The notes under the pieces are model-generated. The model worked only from the letters and a program-made list of their open reading frames with translations, had not been told where the DNA came from and did not search any database. The position numbers were made by a program, and so were the translations under genes. Source: an uncultured Gemmatimonadales bacterium (GTDB taxonomy: Bacteria; Gemmatimonadota; Gemmatimonadetes; Palauibacterales; Palauibacteraceae). Taken from it: a stretch of 64,000 nucleotides of DNA. Position 1 is the stretch's first letter. Each line of letters starts with the position of its first letter. Location: assembly GCA_963783385.1 (NCBI GenBank), contig CAWANJ010000002.1, forward strand, positions 256,001 to 320,000, given 5' to 3'. Shown one piece after another: positions 1-10,624 of this stretch.

Positions 1-1119
1 CTGCTCTCCGAGGGCCGCGTGCGGCTCGGCGAGAAGATCGACACCGAGGACGGCGTGTGGCACGCGGACGGCCGGACGATCCGGGACGTACACGGAGAGG
101 ACAGCCTGAGCGTGGCCGATGTCATCCGCTTCTCCAGCAACATTGGGGCGGCCAAGCTCTCCGCGCGGCTGTCGCCCGGCATGCAGTACCACTTCCTCCG
201 GGACTTCGGCTTCGGCGTGCCGACGGGCGTGGAGTACCCGGCGGAATCCTCGGGCCTCCTGCGGAAGCCTGACGACTGGTCCGGCTTCAGCCAGGCGTCC
301 CTGGCCATGGGCTACGAGGTCTCGGTCACTTCCCTCCAGCTCGTCATGGCCTACGGGGCCCTGGCCAACGGCGGCGTCCTCATGCGCCCCTACCTGGTGC
401 GGGAGGTCCGGTCGCCGGAGGGTGGGGTGCTGTACCGGAGGCGGCCCCAGCCCATCCGCCGCGTCATCGATCCGAAGGTGGCCCGTGAGGTGACCCGCGT
501 GCTGGCGACGGTGGTCGAGAGCGGAACCGGGAGCCGGGCTCGAATGGCCACCCTACCCGTGGCCGGAAAGACCGGAACCGCTCGCGTGGCTCTCGGCGAG
601 GGCTACGAGCGCGGCCGCTACTCCGCCTCGTTCGTGGGGTACACTCCCGTCGACGACCCCAAACTGGTCGTGCTCACCAAGCTCGACGACCCGCAGGGCT
701 CCTATTTCGGCGGCTCCACGGCCGCGCCGGTGAGTCGCGCGATGCTGCAGGCCGCGCTGGCGACGCGCGGCGTCACCCTGCCGGCTGGCCGCCTGGCGCA
801 CGTAGCGCCCACCTCGGGACGCCCCATGTGGGGAGGCGACCCGGCCTCCGCGCGGGTGCGGGCGACCGACGAGGCTTCGGGCGGCGGCCCGTTCGTGTTC
901 GCGGTGAACGCCTCGCCCGATCCCTGGCCGGCCGAACGGGAGGGCGAAGACGGCCGGCGGGTCCTCCCGGACCTGCGCGGTTTGCCGGTGCGGTCGGCGG
1001 TGGCCCGCCTGCACGAGCTCGGTCTCCGGGTGGCCCTGCAGGCCACGGGAACGGTCGAAACGCAGTCGCCCGGTCCGGGCGCCAGGGTGTCGGCCGGTGC
1101 GACTATCCGCCTGCACTGA
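1..1119 (+). CDS. ftsI: Cell-division transpeptidase PBP3/FtsI, 3' part (begins upstream of window), with C-terminal PASTA domain
   Basis: SxN motif (SSNIG), KTG motif (AGKTGTA) and PASTA-like tail (VLPDLRGLPVRSA...QSPGPG). Lies directly upstream of murE. Confidence 0.9.
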   Translation: MLSEGRVRLGEKIDTEDGVWHADGRTIRDVHGEDSLSVADVIRFSSNIGAAKLSARLSPGMQYHFLRDFGFGVPTGVEYPAESSGLLRKPDDWSGFSQASLAMGYEVSVTSLQLVMAYGALANGGVLMRPYLVREVRSPEGGVLYRRRPQPIRRVIDPKVAREVTRVLATVVESGTGSRARMATLPVAGKTGTARVALGEGYERGRYSASFVGYTPVDDPKLVVLTKLDDPQGSYFGGSTAAPVSRAMLQAALATRGVTLPAGRLAHVAPTSGRPMWGGDPASARVRATDEASGGGPFVFAVNASPDPWPAEREGEDGRRVLPDLRGLPVRSAVARLHELGLRVALQATGTVETQSPGPGARVSAGATIRLH

Positions 1120-1231
1120 CCCGGCGCGCGCCGGCGTGACGCGACCCGGGGACTCGGGGAGCTCCCGGACGGAGACGCCGGTGAGCTGGCTGGAGGGACG
1201 TGGGGTCGCCGCCGGCCCGATCGCCGGGGCG

Positions 1232-2761
1232 ATGAGAATCGAGGAGGAGGACGTCGGGGAGCCCGTGATCGACACGGAAGCGATCGAGCGGCGCCTGGCA
1301 CGGTGCGGCCTCACGGGCCGCTGGGAGGGCGCGGCGCCCCCGGCGACCTTCTCCGGCATCGCCGACGACTCGCGCCGTGTCGAGTCCGGAGACCTGTTCT
1401 GCGCCATCCCGGGAACGCGCTTCGATGGCCGGGACTTCCTGGACGCGGCGTACGCGGCGGGGGCCGCCGCCGCCCTGCTCGAGCGTCCCGATCCCGCCTG
1501 TCGTCTGCCCCAGCTGGTGGTTCCCGACGCGCGTGCCGCCGCGTCGCACCTCGCCTCGCTCTTCCACGGCGATCCGGGCGTCACGCTCGACGCCGTGGGG
1601 GTCACCGGCACCAACGGGAAGACCACGACGGTGTGGCTGCTCCGGCAGCTGCTCGCAGCGCGAGGTCCCGCGGCCTCGATCGGGACCCTGGGCGTCATCG
1701 GCACGCGGGGCGAGCGGGAGCCGGGCACGCTGACCACGCCGGGCCCGGTGGAGCTCATGGAGCGGCTCGCCGCCCTTCGCGACGCCGGCGCGCGGTTCGT
1801 GGCGCTGGAGGTCTCCTCGCACGCCCTCGACCAGCACCGGACGGACGGGCTGCCGCTGGCCGCGGCCGTGTTCACCAACCTCACGCGCGAGCACCTGGAC
1901 TACCACGCCGACATGGAGAGCTACCGGCGCGCCAAGCTGCGGCTGGCCGGCCGGGTCCGGCCCGACGGCACGTGCGTGGTGAACGCGGACGAGCCGGCAT
2001 GGTCCGGCCTGCAGGCGGGCCAGGTCCGCCGCCTGTCGTTCGGTCTCGGCCCGGAGGCGGACGTGCGGGCGGTGGACGTGGTGGTCGAGTCCGGCGAGAG
2101 CCGCTGGAGCCTCGCCTTCGAGGGACAGACGGCCTCCGTACGGCTGCCGCTCCCCGGGGCGTTCAACGTGCACAACGCGCTCGGAGCGGCCGCGGCCGCG
2201 ATCGCCCTGGGGGTGACGGTGGACGAGGCCGCCACCGCCCTCACCGGCGCGGCCCAGGTGCCCGGGCGCATGGAGGTCCTCCTGCGCTCGCCCGCCCTCG
2301 TGCTGCGCGACTACGCCCATACGCCCGACGCGTTCGAGCGCGCGCTGGCGGCGGTCCGTCCGGAGGCGGGACGGCTCCTCCTCCTGTTCGGGTGCGGCGG
2401 CGACCGGGACCGGGGCAAGCGGCCGCTCATGGGGCGGGTCGCGGCGCGGCGCGCTGATCTCACCTTCCTGACGACGGACAACCCGCGGTCGGAGGATCCG
2501 GCGGAGATCGTCCGCCAGATCGAGGAAGGGATGGGCGGGGCGCCCCACCGGGTGGTCCTGGACCGCAGAGAGGCCATCGCGGACGCCCTCGAACAGGCCC
2601 GCCCCGGTGACGTGGTCCTCCTGGCCGGCAAGGGTCACGAGGATTATCAGATCTACGGCGACCGAAAGGAGCCCTTCGACGAGGCGCACATCGTGGCCGA
2701 GCTGGCGGCGGCCCGCGGCGCGGCGGCGGGGGATCCCGCCGGCCCGGGGAGCCGCGGGTGA
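1232..2761 (+). CDS. murE: UDP-MurNAc-tripeptide ligase MurE (meso-DAP type)
   Basis: Motifs GVTGTNGKTT, LEVSSH, FTNLTREHLDYH, DYAHTPD and GCGGDRD, plus the DNPR DAP-specificity motif. Start is ATG 1232 or GTG 1265. Confidence 0.95.
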   Translation: MRIEEEDVGEPVIDTEAIERRLARCGLTGRWEGAAPPATFSGIADDSRRVESGDLFCAIPGTRFDGRDFLDAAYAAGAAAALLERPDPACRLPQLVVPDARAAASHLASLFHGDPGVTLDAVGVTGTNGKTTTVWLLRQLLAARGPAASIGTLGVIGTRGEREPGTLTTPGPVELMERLAALRDAGARFVALEVSSHALDQHRTDGLPLAAAVFTNLTREHLDYHADMESYRRAKLRLAGRVRPDGTCVVNADEPAWSGLQAGQVRRLSFGLGPEADVRAVDVVVESGESRWSLAFEGQTASVRLPLPGAFNVHNALGAAAAAIALGVTVDEAATALTGAAQVPGRMEVLLRSPALVLRDYAHTPDAFERALAAVRPEAGRLLLLFGCGGDRDRGKRPLMGRVAARRADLTFLTTDNPRSEDPAEIVRQIEEGMGGAPHRVVLDRREAIADALEQARPGDVVLLAGKGHEDYQIYGDRKEPFDEAHIVAELAAARGAAAGDPAGPGSRG

Positions 2762-4260
2762 GCGGGGCCCGGCTGGACTCGGCGTTCGTGCGCCAGGCGC
2801 TCGGCCTGGCCCGGTCGGGGGAGAGTGGCCGCAGGTACGCCTCCGTGTGCGCCGACAGCCGCCAGGCCGGGCCCGGGTCGCTGTTCGCGGCCCTGCCCGG
2901 CGAGCGCACCCACGGCGTCGAGCACCTCGCCGCCGCCGCCGCCCGCGGCGCGGTGGGCGCCATCGTCCCGGCCGGACACGAGCTACCGGCGCTGGACCTC
3001 GAGTGGTTCGCGGTCGAGGATCCGGTGCGCGCGCTCGGAGACCTGGGCGCGGCGTGGCGCGGCCGGGCCCGGGCACGCGTGATCGGCATCACCGGCAGCT
3101 CCGGCAAGACCACCGTCAAGGAGATGCTGGCGGCAGCCCTGTCCGTCGGCCGGAGCGTGCACGCCACCCGCGGCAACCTCAACAGCCTCGTGGGCCTGCC
3201 GCTCACCATCCTGGCGGCCCCGCCGGAGGCCGACGTCTGGGTGCTCGAGCTGGGCGCCAACGCCCCCGGAGAGATCGCCCGCCTCGCCGAGATCGCGGCC
3301 CCGCACGACGCGGTGGTGACGACGGTGAGCCGGGCGCATCTGGAGCGCTTCGGAAGCGTGGAGAACGTCCTGCGCGAGAAGCTGGACCTGGTTCGCGGCG
3401 CGGACCCCTCCGGCGTGGTGGTCGTCGGGGAGCGCCCGTCGGTCCTGGCCCGGGCGGCCCGCGAGATCCGTCCGGACACGGTCGTGGCGGGGCTCGAGGA
3501 GGAGGCCGACTATCGGCCCGAGCGCGCCTCCTGGGACGCGGACCGGGCCGAGTTCGAGCGGGGCGGAGTCGAGTACGCGGTGGCGGCCGGCGGCGAGCAC
3601 CATCTGCGCGATGCCCTCATCGCCGCCGCGGTGGCAGAGGGCATCGGCCTCCCGCCCCGGGAGGTCGCCCGGGGGCTGGCCACCTTCCGGCCGCTCGGGT
3701 GGCGCGGCGCGCTCCGGCGCATGAACGGGCTCACTGTGGTGGCGGACTGCTACAACGCCAACCCGGAGTCGTTCGAGGCCGCGATCGACTACTGCGTGAG
3801 CGCCTTCCCGGACCGTCGGCTGGCGGCCGCGGTCGGGACGATGCTGGAGCTCGGGTCCGCCTCCGACGAGGCCCATCGCGAGGTGGCGGGCCGCCTGCTC
3901 GAGAGCGGGTTCGGCCCGATCGTGGCGACGGGGGAGTTCGTGGGGGCGTTCGAGCGCCTGGCCTCCGCGGGTCTCACCGGGCCGGATCTCGCCGGCGGAG
4001 CCACCGAGCCCGCGGGCCCGGTCGTCGCCGCCGCCGACGCGGACGAGGCGGGCCGCATTTTGAGCGACCTGCTGCGTGGGGACGAGGTCGTGCTGGTCAA
4101 GGGCTCGCGTGGGGTCCACATGGAGCAGGTCGTGGATCGACTGGCGGCCGTGTTCGACGGCGAACCGCTGGCCGCGGTCGCCGGAGGCCGCCCGGCCGGA
4201 GCCGGGCCCGAGGACCGCGCCGAGGGTCCCCTGCGGGCGTTCGGCGGGGAACGGCGCTGA
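2758..4260 (+). CDS. murF: UDP-MurNAc-pentapeptide ligase MurF
   Basis: Motifs GITGSSGKTTVKE, GNLNSLVGLP, DCYNANPES, MLELG and VLVKGSRG. GTGA overlap with murE. Confidence 0.95.
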   Translation: MSGARLDSAFVRQALGLARSGESGRRYASVCADSRQAGPGSLFAALPGERTHGVEHLAAAAARGAVGAIVPAGHELPALDLEWFAVEDPVRALGDLGAAWRGRARARVIGITGSSGKTTVKEMLAAALSVGRSVHATRGNLNSLVGLPLTILAAPPEADVWVLELGANAPGEIARLAEIAAPHDAVVTTVSRAHLERFGSVENVLREKLDLVRGADPSGVVVVGERPSVLARAAREIRPDTVVAGLEEEADYRPERASWDADRAEFERGGVEYAVAAGGEHHLRDALIAAAVAEGIGLPPREVARGLATFRPLGWRGALRRMNGLTVVADCYNANPESFEAAIDYCVSAFPDRRLAAAVGTMLELGSASDEAHREVAGRLLESGFGPIVATGEFVGAFERLASAGLTGPDLAGGATEPAGPVVAAADADEAGRILSDLLRGDEVVLVKGSRGVHMEQVVDRLAAVFDGEPLAAVAGGRPAGAGPEDRAEGPLRAFGGERR

Positions 4261-5366
4261 TGCTCTATCACCTCCTCTTCCCGCTCTCGGACCGGAACAT
4301 CCTGTTCAACCTGTTCCAGTACATCTCCTTCCGAGCCGCCGGCGCCATGGTGACGGCCCTTCTGACGACGTTCCTGGTCGGCCCGCCCGTGATCGCGTGG
4401 CTCCGGCGTCGGGGGTGGGGCCAGGTCGTGCGCCTGGAAGGACCCAAGACCCACCTCGAGAAGGCGGGTACGCCCACGATGGGTGGACTGGTGATCCTGG
4501 CCGCGACCCTGGTGCCCACCTTCCTGTGGGCGCGGCTCGACGAGAGCTACGTGCAGATCGCCTTCGTGGTCACGGCGTGGATGGGGGCGATCGGGTTCCT
4601 GGACGACTACCTCAAGGTGGTCCGGCACGAGCCCAGGGGGCTCATCGCCCGCCAGAAGCTCGCGTGGCAGATGCTCCTCGGGCTGGCGCTGGGCGCCTTC
4701 CTGCTGCTGCATCCGCTGTCGGCCAACACGCCGACCAGCACGTCGCTGCCGTTCTTCAAGAACCTGCACATCGCCTTCTGGGCGCCGGCCTTCCCCCTGT
4801 TCGTGGCCCTGGTCGTAACCGGGAGCTCCAACGCGGTGAACCTCACGGACGGCCTGGACGGACTGGCGGCGGGCCTGGCCGCGATCGCGGCCCTGGCGTT
4901 CGGGGCCTTCGCCTATGTCATGGGCCGCGTCGACACCTCGACGTATCTCCAGATCCTCTACCTGCCGGGGGCCGGCGAGCTCACCGTGTTCTGCGCCGCG
5001 CTCACCGGGGCGGCCATCGGGTTCCTGTGGTTCAACGCGCCTCCGGCTGAGGTGTTCATGGGCGACACCGGGTCGCTCGCCCTCGGGGGCGCCATCGGCG
5101 CCGTGGCGGTGCTGCTCAAGTCCGAGTTCCTCCTCCTGCTCGTGGGCGGCGTGTTCGTGGCCGAGGCCGTCTCCGTCATGGTGCAGACGGGCTGGTTCAA
5201 GCTCACGCGGTGGCGCACGGGCACCGGCCGCCGGCTGTTCCGCATGGCCCCGCTCCACCACCACTTCGAGAAGCTCGGATGGCCGGAGACGCGGGTCGTG
5301 GTGCGCTTCTACATCCTGGCGATCCTGTGCGCGCTGGTCGGACTGGCCACCCTGAAGGTGCGCTGA
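4260..5366 (+). CDS. mraY: Phospho-N-acetylmuramoyl-pentapeptide transferase MraY
   Basis: MLYHLL start overlaps the murF stop. Motifs KAGTPTMGG, GFLDDYLK, NAVNLTDGLDGL, FMGDTGSLALG and MAPLHHHFE. Confidence 0.97.
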   Translation: MLYHLLFPLSDRNILFNLFQYISFRAAGAMVTALLTTFLVGPPVIAWLRRRGWGQVVRLEGPKTHLEKAGTPTMGGLVILAATLVPTFLWARLDESYVQIAFVVTAWMGAIGFLDDYLKVVRHEPRGLIARQKLAWQMLLGLALGAFLLLHPLSANTPTSTSLPFFKNLHIAFWAPAFPLFVALVVTGSSNAVNLTDGLDGLAAGLAAIAALAFGAFAYVMGRVDTSTYLQILYLPGAGELTVFCAALTGAAIGFLWFNAPPAEVFMGDTGSLALGGAIGAVAVLLKSEFLLLLVGGVFVAEAVSVMVQTGWFKLTRWRTGTGRRLFRMAPLHHHFEKLGWPETRVVVRFYILAILCALVGLATLKVR

Positions 5367-6805
5367 TGGGATCCGGGCGGGAGGGCGCGGGCGGAGGGTT
5401 GGAGCGAGGCGGTTCGCCGTTCGAGCCGGAGGCGCGGGTCGCGGTGCTCGGCCTGGGACGCTCGGGCGTGGCGGCGGCGCGCCTGGTGCACGCCCGCGGC
5501 GGGCGGGTCTACGCCTCCGATCGGGTGGACGGCCCCACGCAGCGGGAGGCGGCCGAGGCGCTGCGGGCCGAGGGCATCGACGCCGAAGCCGGGCGCCACG
5601 AGCTCGACCGGGTGCTGGCCGCCGACCTGGTGGTCACGAGCCCCGGCATCGCGCCGGCCACCGAGATCCGCCGGGCAGTCCGGGACGCCGGAGTGCGAAC
5701 CCTGGCGGAGATCGAGGTGGCGTGGCGCTTCCTCGGCTCGCGCGTCGTCGCGATCACGGGCACGAACGGGAAGACGACCACGACGGCGCTGTGTGGCCAC
5801 GTGCTGCGCAGGGGTGGCCTGGACGCCGTCACGGCCGGCAACATCGGCCGGCCGCTGTCCGACGTCGCCCGCCAGGACGAGCAGCCCGAGTGGGTCGTCG
5901 TGGAGGTGAGCTCCTTCCAGCTGGCGGACATCGACCGCTTCAGCCCGGACATCGGAGTGCTTCTCAACCTGGCGCCGGACCACCTGGACCGGTACCGCAA
6001 CGTGGACGGCTACTACGCTGACAAGGCGAGGCTGTTCGACAACGCCTCGGCCGAGAGCCGCTGGGTGTTGAACGCCGATGAGGAGGAGGTCCTCGGGCTC
6101 GCGCGGGGGGCCGCGGGCGAGCACTTCCTCTTTTCGACCTCGCACGCGCAAGAGCTGGGCGCCTTCGTGGACGGGGCCGGGGGGCTGAGGCTGGAGATCC
6201 CAGACCGGTCCGAGCGCTGGTGCGGCGTGGGCGAGCTGCGGCTGGTCGGCGCGCACAACGTGTCGAACGCGCTCGCTGCCGGGCTGGCGGCCGCCCTGGC
6301 CGGGTGCGCCGGACAGGACATCGGCCTGGGACTCGCGTCGTTCGCGGCGCTGCCGCACCGTCTGCAGCCGGTCGCCGGGAACGGCGACGGAATCCTGTGG
6401 GTCAACGACTCGAAAGCGACCAACGTGTCCGCCACCTCGGTCGCCCTGCGCGCGTTCGATCGTCCCCTGGTGCTCATCATGGGGGGACGGGGCAAGGGGG
6501 AATCGTACGCGACCCTCATCCCGCTGCTCCGGGAACGCGTACGCGCCCTGGTCGCCTTCGGCGAGTCGGCTCCCCAGATCGTGGCGGAGCTCGGAGAGGC
6601 CGTGCCCGAGGTGCGCATCGAGGCCGGCATAGAGGCCGTGGTGCGGGCGGCCGACGAGCTGGCCTGTCCGGGTGATGTGGTGCTGTTCTCCCCGGCGTGC
6701 GCGAGCTTCGACATGTTCCGGAACTACGAGGCTCGCGGTGACGCGTTCGTGGAGGCCGTGCGGCGGTGCCGTGCGGGCGTCGCCTCGCCGGAGGCCGGAG
6801 CATGA
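5366..6805 (+). CDS. murD: UDP-MurNAc-L-Ala-D-Glu ligase MurD
   Basis: Motifs GLGRSG, ITGTNGKTTTT, EVSSFQL, DHLDRY, NDSKATN and SPACASFDMF. Confidence 0.97.
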   Translation: MGSGREGAGGGLERGGSPFEPEARVAVLGLGRSGVAAARLVHARGGRVYASDRVDGPTQREAAEALRAEGIDAEAGRHELDRVLAADLVVTSPGIAPATEIRRAVRDAGVRTLAEIEVAWRFLGSRVVAITGTNGKTTTTALCGHVLRRGGLDAVTAGNIGRPLSDVARQDEQPEWVVVEVSSFQLADIDRFSPDIGVLLNLAPDHLDRYRNVDGYYADKARLFDNASAESRWVLNADEEEVLGLARGAAGEHFLFSTSHAQELGAFVDGAGGLRLEIPDRSERWCGVGELRLVGAHNVSNALAAGLAAALAGCAGQDIGLGLASFAALPHRLQPVAGNGDGILWVNDSKATNVSATSVALRAFDRPLVLIMGGRGKGESYATLIPLLRERVRALVAFGESAPQIVAELGEAVPEVRIEAGIEAVVRAADELACPGDVVLFSPACASFDMFRNYEARGDAFVEAVRRCRAGVASPEAGA

Positions 6806-7944
6806 GCGTGTTCGCGCGCGCCCTGGACGTGCAGCAGGAAACGCGGGCCGCCCCGTGGGCGGGCCGGGCCCTGTTCGCGCTCACGGTCCTCCTCCTCGGT
6901 CTCGGCCTCCTGTGGCTGTACAGCGCCAGCTCCTTCGTGGCCACCTCGGAAGGCCTGCCGAGCACCTACTACCTGGTGCAGCAAGCTACGCACGCGGGCG
7001 TGGGTCTCGTGGCCCTGGCGGCTGCCCGGTTCCTCGACTACCGGATCTGGCGTCGCCTCGCCTGGCCCCTGCTGATCGTCTCCATCGTCCTCCTGGTCGT
7101 CGTGATCCTGCCGGGCACGGAAGCCATCGCTCCGCGCGTGAACGGGGCCCGGCGCTGGCTCCGGTTGGGCATGACCGTGCAGCCGTCCGAGCTGGCCAAG
7201 TACGCGCTGGTCGTATGGGTCGCGGCCGTGGCCGTCAAGAAGCAGGACCGGCTCCACAGCCTGCGCTACGGGCTCGGCCCCTTCCTGGTGGTGGCCGGGG
7301 GCATCTGCGGACTTCTCCTGCTGGAGCCGCACTTCTCGGCCGCCCTCCTAGCGGCCGTTGTGACGACCGTGGTGCTGTTCGCCGCCGGAGCCCGGCTGGG
7401 ACACTTCGCTCTCATGGCGGGTTTCGGACTGCCGCTGGCCTGGGTCGTGGTGACCCACGCGGGGTACCGCTCCAGCCGCATCTCGGCCTTCCTCCATCCG
7501 ACCCCGGGTGCGCAGGGAGTCGGCTACCAGCTGCGGCAGTCGCTGATCGCGATCGGCTCGGGTGGTGTGTTCGGGGTAGGCTACGGCGCCAGCCGTCAGA
7601 AGCTGTACTACCTGCCCGAGCCCCAGAACGACTTCATCTTCCCGATCATCGCGGAGGAATGGGGACTGGTGGGCTCCGTCCTGGTCATCGGGCTGTTCCT
7701 GGCCTGGACGCTGGTCGCGCTGCGGATCGCCGCCTCGGCTCCCGACCTGTTCGGACGCCTGCTCGCCATCGGCATCACCGCCCTCATCGCGGTGACCGCC
7801 TTCGGGCACATCGGTGTGACCCTCGGCGTGCTGCCCACGACCGGGATCAACCTGCCGTTCGTGAGCGCCGGCGGCACGCACCTCGTCATGGCCCTGTTCG
7901 GAACGGGCGTCCTCCTGAACATCGCGGCGCAGCGGAGATGTTGA
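6802..7944 (+). CDS. ftsW: SEDS peptidoglycan polymerase FtsW
   Basis: Multi-TM protein with NGARRW, QPSELAK, GYQLRQSLIAIGSGG, LPEPQNDFIF and LPFVSAGG. Confidence 0.95.
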   Translation: MSVFARALDVQQETRAAPWAGRALFALTVLLLGLGLLWLYSASSFVATSEGLPSTYYLVQQATHAGVGLVALAAARFLDYRIWRRLAWPLLIVSIVLLVVVILPGTEAIAPRVNGARRWLRLGMTVQPSELAKYALVVWVAAVAVKKQDRLHSLRYGLGPFLVVAGGICGLLLLEPHFSAALLAAVVTTVVLFAAGARLGHFALMAGFGLPLAWVVVTHAGYRSSRISAFLHPTPGAQGVGYQLRQSLIAIGSGGVFGVGYGASRQKLYYLPEPQNDFIFPIIAEEWGLVGSVLVIGLFLAWTLVALRIAASAPDLFGRLLAIGITALIAVTAFGHIGVTLGVLPTTGINLPFVSAGGTHLVMALFGTGVLLNIAAQRRC

Positions 7945-7947
7945 CGG

Positions 7948-9117
7948 GTGGGCACGCGCGTCCTGATCGCAGGGGGCGGGACGGGGGGACACCTGTATCC
8001 GGCCCTGAACCTGGCCGATGCGCTGAGGCGCGTCGATCCGACGACGAACGTGCTGTACCTGGGAGCGCGGCGCGGGCTGGAGGCCAGCGTGCTTCCGGAG
8101 AGAGGCGTCCCTTATCGGCTGCTCCCGATGCAGCCGCTGCTCAGGAGGCGCCCATGGCGGAACTGGAAGCTGGTGGCGACGGCTCCCGCGGTGGCGTGGG
8201 GCACGCTGGCGGCGTTCAGGAGCTTCCGGCCGGACGTGGTGGTGGGAACGGGTGGCTATGCGGCCGGACCGGCCCTCGCGTGGGCGATGCTGACCGGCCG
8301 ACCGACGGTGCTGCAGGAGCAGAATGCCCGGCCCGGGAGGGTGACGAGACTGTTCGCCCCGCGGGTCGACCAGCTCCACCTGGGATTCCCGGAGGCGCGG
8401 AGGCACCTGGAGCCGGGTCCGGCCACCGAGGTCTTCACCTTCGGGAACCCGATCGCGAGGCCGGAGCGGGCCGCTCCGGGGAGGAGCTTCCCATGGCCGA
8501 AGGGCAGGGTGGTGCTGGTGGCGGGCGGCAGCCAGGGAGCCCGGGGGATCAACCAGCGACTCCTGGCGGATCTGGGGGAGGGGCCGGCGTGGCCGGAGGG
8601 TGCGAGCCTGGTGTGGATCGCGGGCCGGGATCACGCCGAGGCGGTGAGGCGGGCGGCGGAGGCCCTGCCGAGCTCCGGGCACGTACACGTCGTGCCCTAC
8701 ATCGAGGACCTCGGCGCCCAGCTCTCGGCCGTCTCCCTGGCCATCGGGAGGGCCGGGGCGATGTTCGTCTCCGAGCTGGCGGCGGCCGGAGTCCCCTCCG
8801 TGCTCGTCCCGTTCCCGGACGCCGCGGATGCGCACCAGAGCGAGAACGCCCGCGTGCTGGAGGACGCGGGGGCGGCCGTGGTCCGCGAGGAAGCGGAGCT
8901 CCGGCCCGGCGAGCTGTGGGACCTGGCGGCGGAGATCGTGGCCAACGAGCCCCGGCGCGCCCGGATGGCAGCGGCAGCGCGAGCGCGGGGCGCTCCGGAC
9001 GCGGCCGACCGGATCGTCCGGGCGTTGCTGCGTCTGGCGCGGGTCGGCGGGGCGAACGCGCAGGCTGCCCCCGGCCCGCCGGAGTCCCCGGCCCGGAGGA
9101 GAGGGGATGAGAGCTGA
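7948..9117 (+). CDS. murG: Lipid II GlcNAc transferase MurG
   Basis: Motifs AGGGTGGHLYP, GTGGY, EQNARPG, GGSQGA, RAGA..VSE and HQSENA. Confidence 0.97.
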   Translation: MGTRVLIAGGGTGGHLYPALNLADALRRVDPTTNVLYLGARRGLEASVLPERGVPYRLLPMQPLLRRRPWRNWKLVATAPAVAWGTLAAFRSFRPDVVVGTGGYAAGPALAWAMLTGRPTVLQEQNARPGRVTRLFAPRVDQLHLGFPEARRHLEPGPATEVFTFGNPIARPERAAPGRSFPWPKGRVVLVAGGSQGARGINQRLLADLGEGPAWPEGASLVWIAGRDHAEAVRRAAEALPSSGHVHVVPYIEDLGAQLSAVSLAIGRAGAMFVSELAAAGVPSVLVPFPDAADAHQSENARVLEDAGAAVVREEAELRPGELWDLAAEIVANEPRRARMAAAARARGAPDAADRIVRALLRLARVGGANAQAAPGPPESPARRRGDES

Positions 9118-10624
9118 GGCCGCCGTGCAGGCGTTCGATGGCTGGCGGAGAGGAGCGGCCGGATCCGGGTCCGATCGGGGCTGGGCTCCCCATCGCCTGC
9201 CGCGAAGCGCCGATCTTCCGGCTCCCGGGTCCGAGGTCCATTCGATGGGCGCGGCGGGCGCCGGCATGCGCGCCCTCGCCGTGCTCCTGGCCGGTGCCGG
9301 CTACCGGGTGAGCGGCTGTGACCGGAGCGGCGGGCCCGTGGAGGAGATCACCGGGGCGGGCGGTCGACTGGACGACAGACACGACGCCACGCACGCGGAG
9401 GGTCCGGCGCTCCTGGTACGAAGCAGTGCGGTGCCGGAGGATCATCCGGAGGTCCTGGCCGCGCGCCGGCTGGGCGTGCCGGTGTGGCGCCGGGCCCGTG
9501 CCCTGGCCGCGCTCGTCAACGACCGCACCCTGGCGGCCGTGAGCGGCACGCACGGAAAGACCACCATCACGGCCATGACCGCTCTGGCGGCCGAGGCCGC
9601 GGGTCTCGATCCGGCGGCGGCCGTGGGGGGCCGGCTTCCGACCTGGGGCAGCAATGCCCGGAGTGGCGGCGGCAGCGTGGCCATCGTCGAGGCCGACGAG
9701 TTCGATCGATCGTTCCTGGAGCTGGACCCCGACCTCGCGGTGGTGAGCGCGGTGGAGGAGGAACACCTGGAGAGCTACGGCAGCGTGGAGGCGCTCGAGG
9801 CGGCCTACCGAACCTTCGCCGGCCGGGCGTCCTCCCGCCTGGGCGTGCTGTGGTGCGCGGACGAGCCGGGGGCCCGGGCGCTGGGCGCCGCGCTCCGGGG
9901 GACCGCGTCGTACGGGTTCGCGGCCGGGTCCGACTACCGCGTCGAGCCGGTCGAGGGATCGCCCGCGGACGGAGGGGTCGCGCCGCGCCGCGCTCTCCTG
10001 CACGCTCCGGAGGGCGAGGTTCCGTTCCTGCTCGGGGCGCCGGGAGCCCACAACCTCCAGAACGCGGGGGCGGCCCTGGCTGCGGCGCTAAGGCTGGGGT
10101 CCGACGCCGCGGACCTCGCGGAGGCGCTGGCCGGATTCACGGGGGTGGCGCGGCGTCTCCAGCGACTGGCGGCCACCGATCGCGTTTTGGTGGTGGACGA
10201 CTATGCGCATCATCCCACCGAGGTGTCCGCCTCCCTGGCCGCCGCCCGACACCTGGCGCCCGACGCGCGCCTGGTGGCGGTGTTCCAGCCGCACCTGTAT
10301 ACGCGCACGCGCCGCTTCGCCGCCGAGTTCGCCTCGGCGCTGTCGGGGGGCGCGGATCTGGCTTTCGTCCTGCCTGTCTACGGTGCGCGCGAGGCGCCCA
10401 TTGAAGGAGTCGATGCGGGCCTGATCGTCCGCGCGGCCGCCGTCGTTCCGGTGGCTGACGCGGCGCCGGTGGAGGAGACCTCCGCCGAGGAAGTGCTGGA
10501 TCTCGTTCGCGCGGCGGCGGCGGGCCAGAGCCCGAGGACGCTGTTCCTGTTCATGGGAGCCGGCACCATCACCGAGCTCGCGCACGCCTGCGCCGGGGCC
10601 GTGAGCGGCCGGGACGTCCCGTGA
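9107..10624 (+). CDS. murC: UDP-MurNAc-L-alanine ligase MurC
   Basis: Motifs GAAGAGM, SGTHGKTT, EADEFDRSFL, DDYAHHPTE, VFQPHLYTRT and MGAG. Start uncertain. Confidence 0.95.
   Translation: MRAEAAVQAFDGWRRGAAGSGSDRGWAPHRLPRSADLPAPGSEVHSMGAAGAGMRALAVLLAGAGYRVSGCDRSGGPVEEITGAGGRLDDRHDATHAEGPALLVRSSAVPEDHPEVLAARRLGVPVWRRARALAALVNDRTLAAVSGTHGKTTITAMTALAAEAAGLDPAAAVGGRLPTWGSNARSGGGSVAIVEADEFDRSFLELDPDLAVVSAVEEEHLESYGSVEALEAAYRTFAGRASSRLGVLWCADEPGARALGAALRGTASYGFAAGSDYRVEPVEGSPADGGVAPRRALLHAPEGEVPFLLGAPGAHNLQNAGAALAAALRLGSDAADLAEALAGFTGVARRLQRLAATDRVLVVDDYAHHPTEVSASLAAARHLAPDARLVAVFQPHLYTRTRRFAAEFASALSGGADLAFVLPVYGAREAPIEGVDAGLIVRAAAVVPVADAAPVEETSAEEVLDLVRAAAAGQSPRTLFLFMGAGTITELAHACAGAVSGRDVP

Noticed and set aside
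2607-5366. Apparent long N-terminal extensions or fusions in the ORF track (mraY 919 aa, cytochrome 796 aa, oxidoreductase 817 aa, recG 869 aa)
   Set aside because: The extensions are off-frame read-through over upstream genes. The true starts lie at or near the stop/start junctions.
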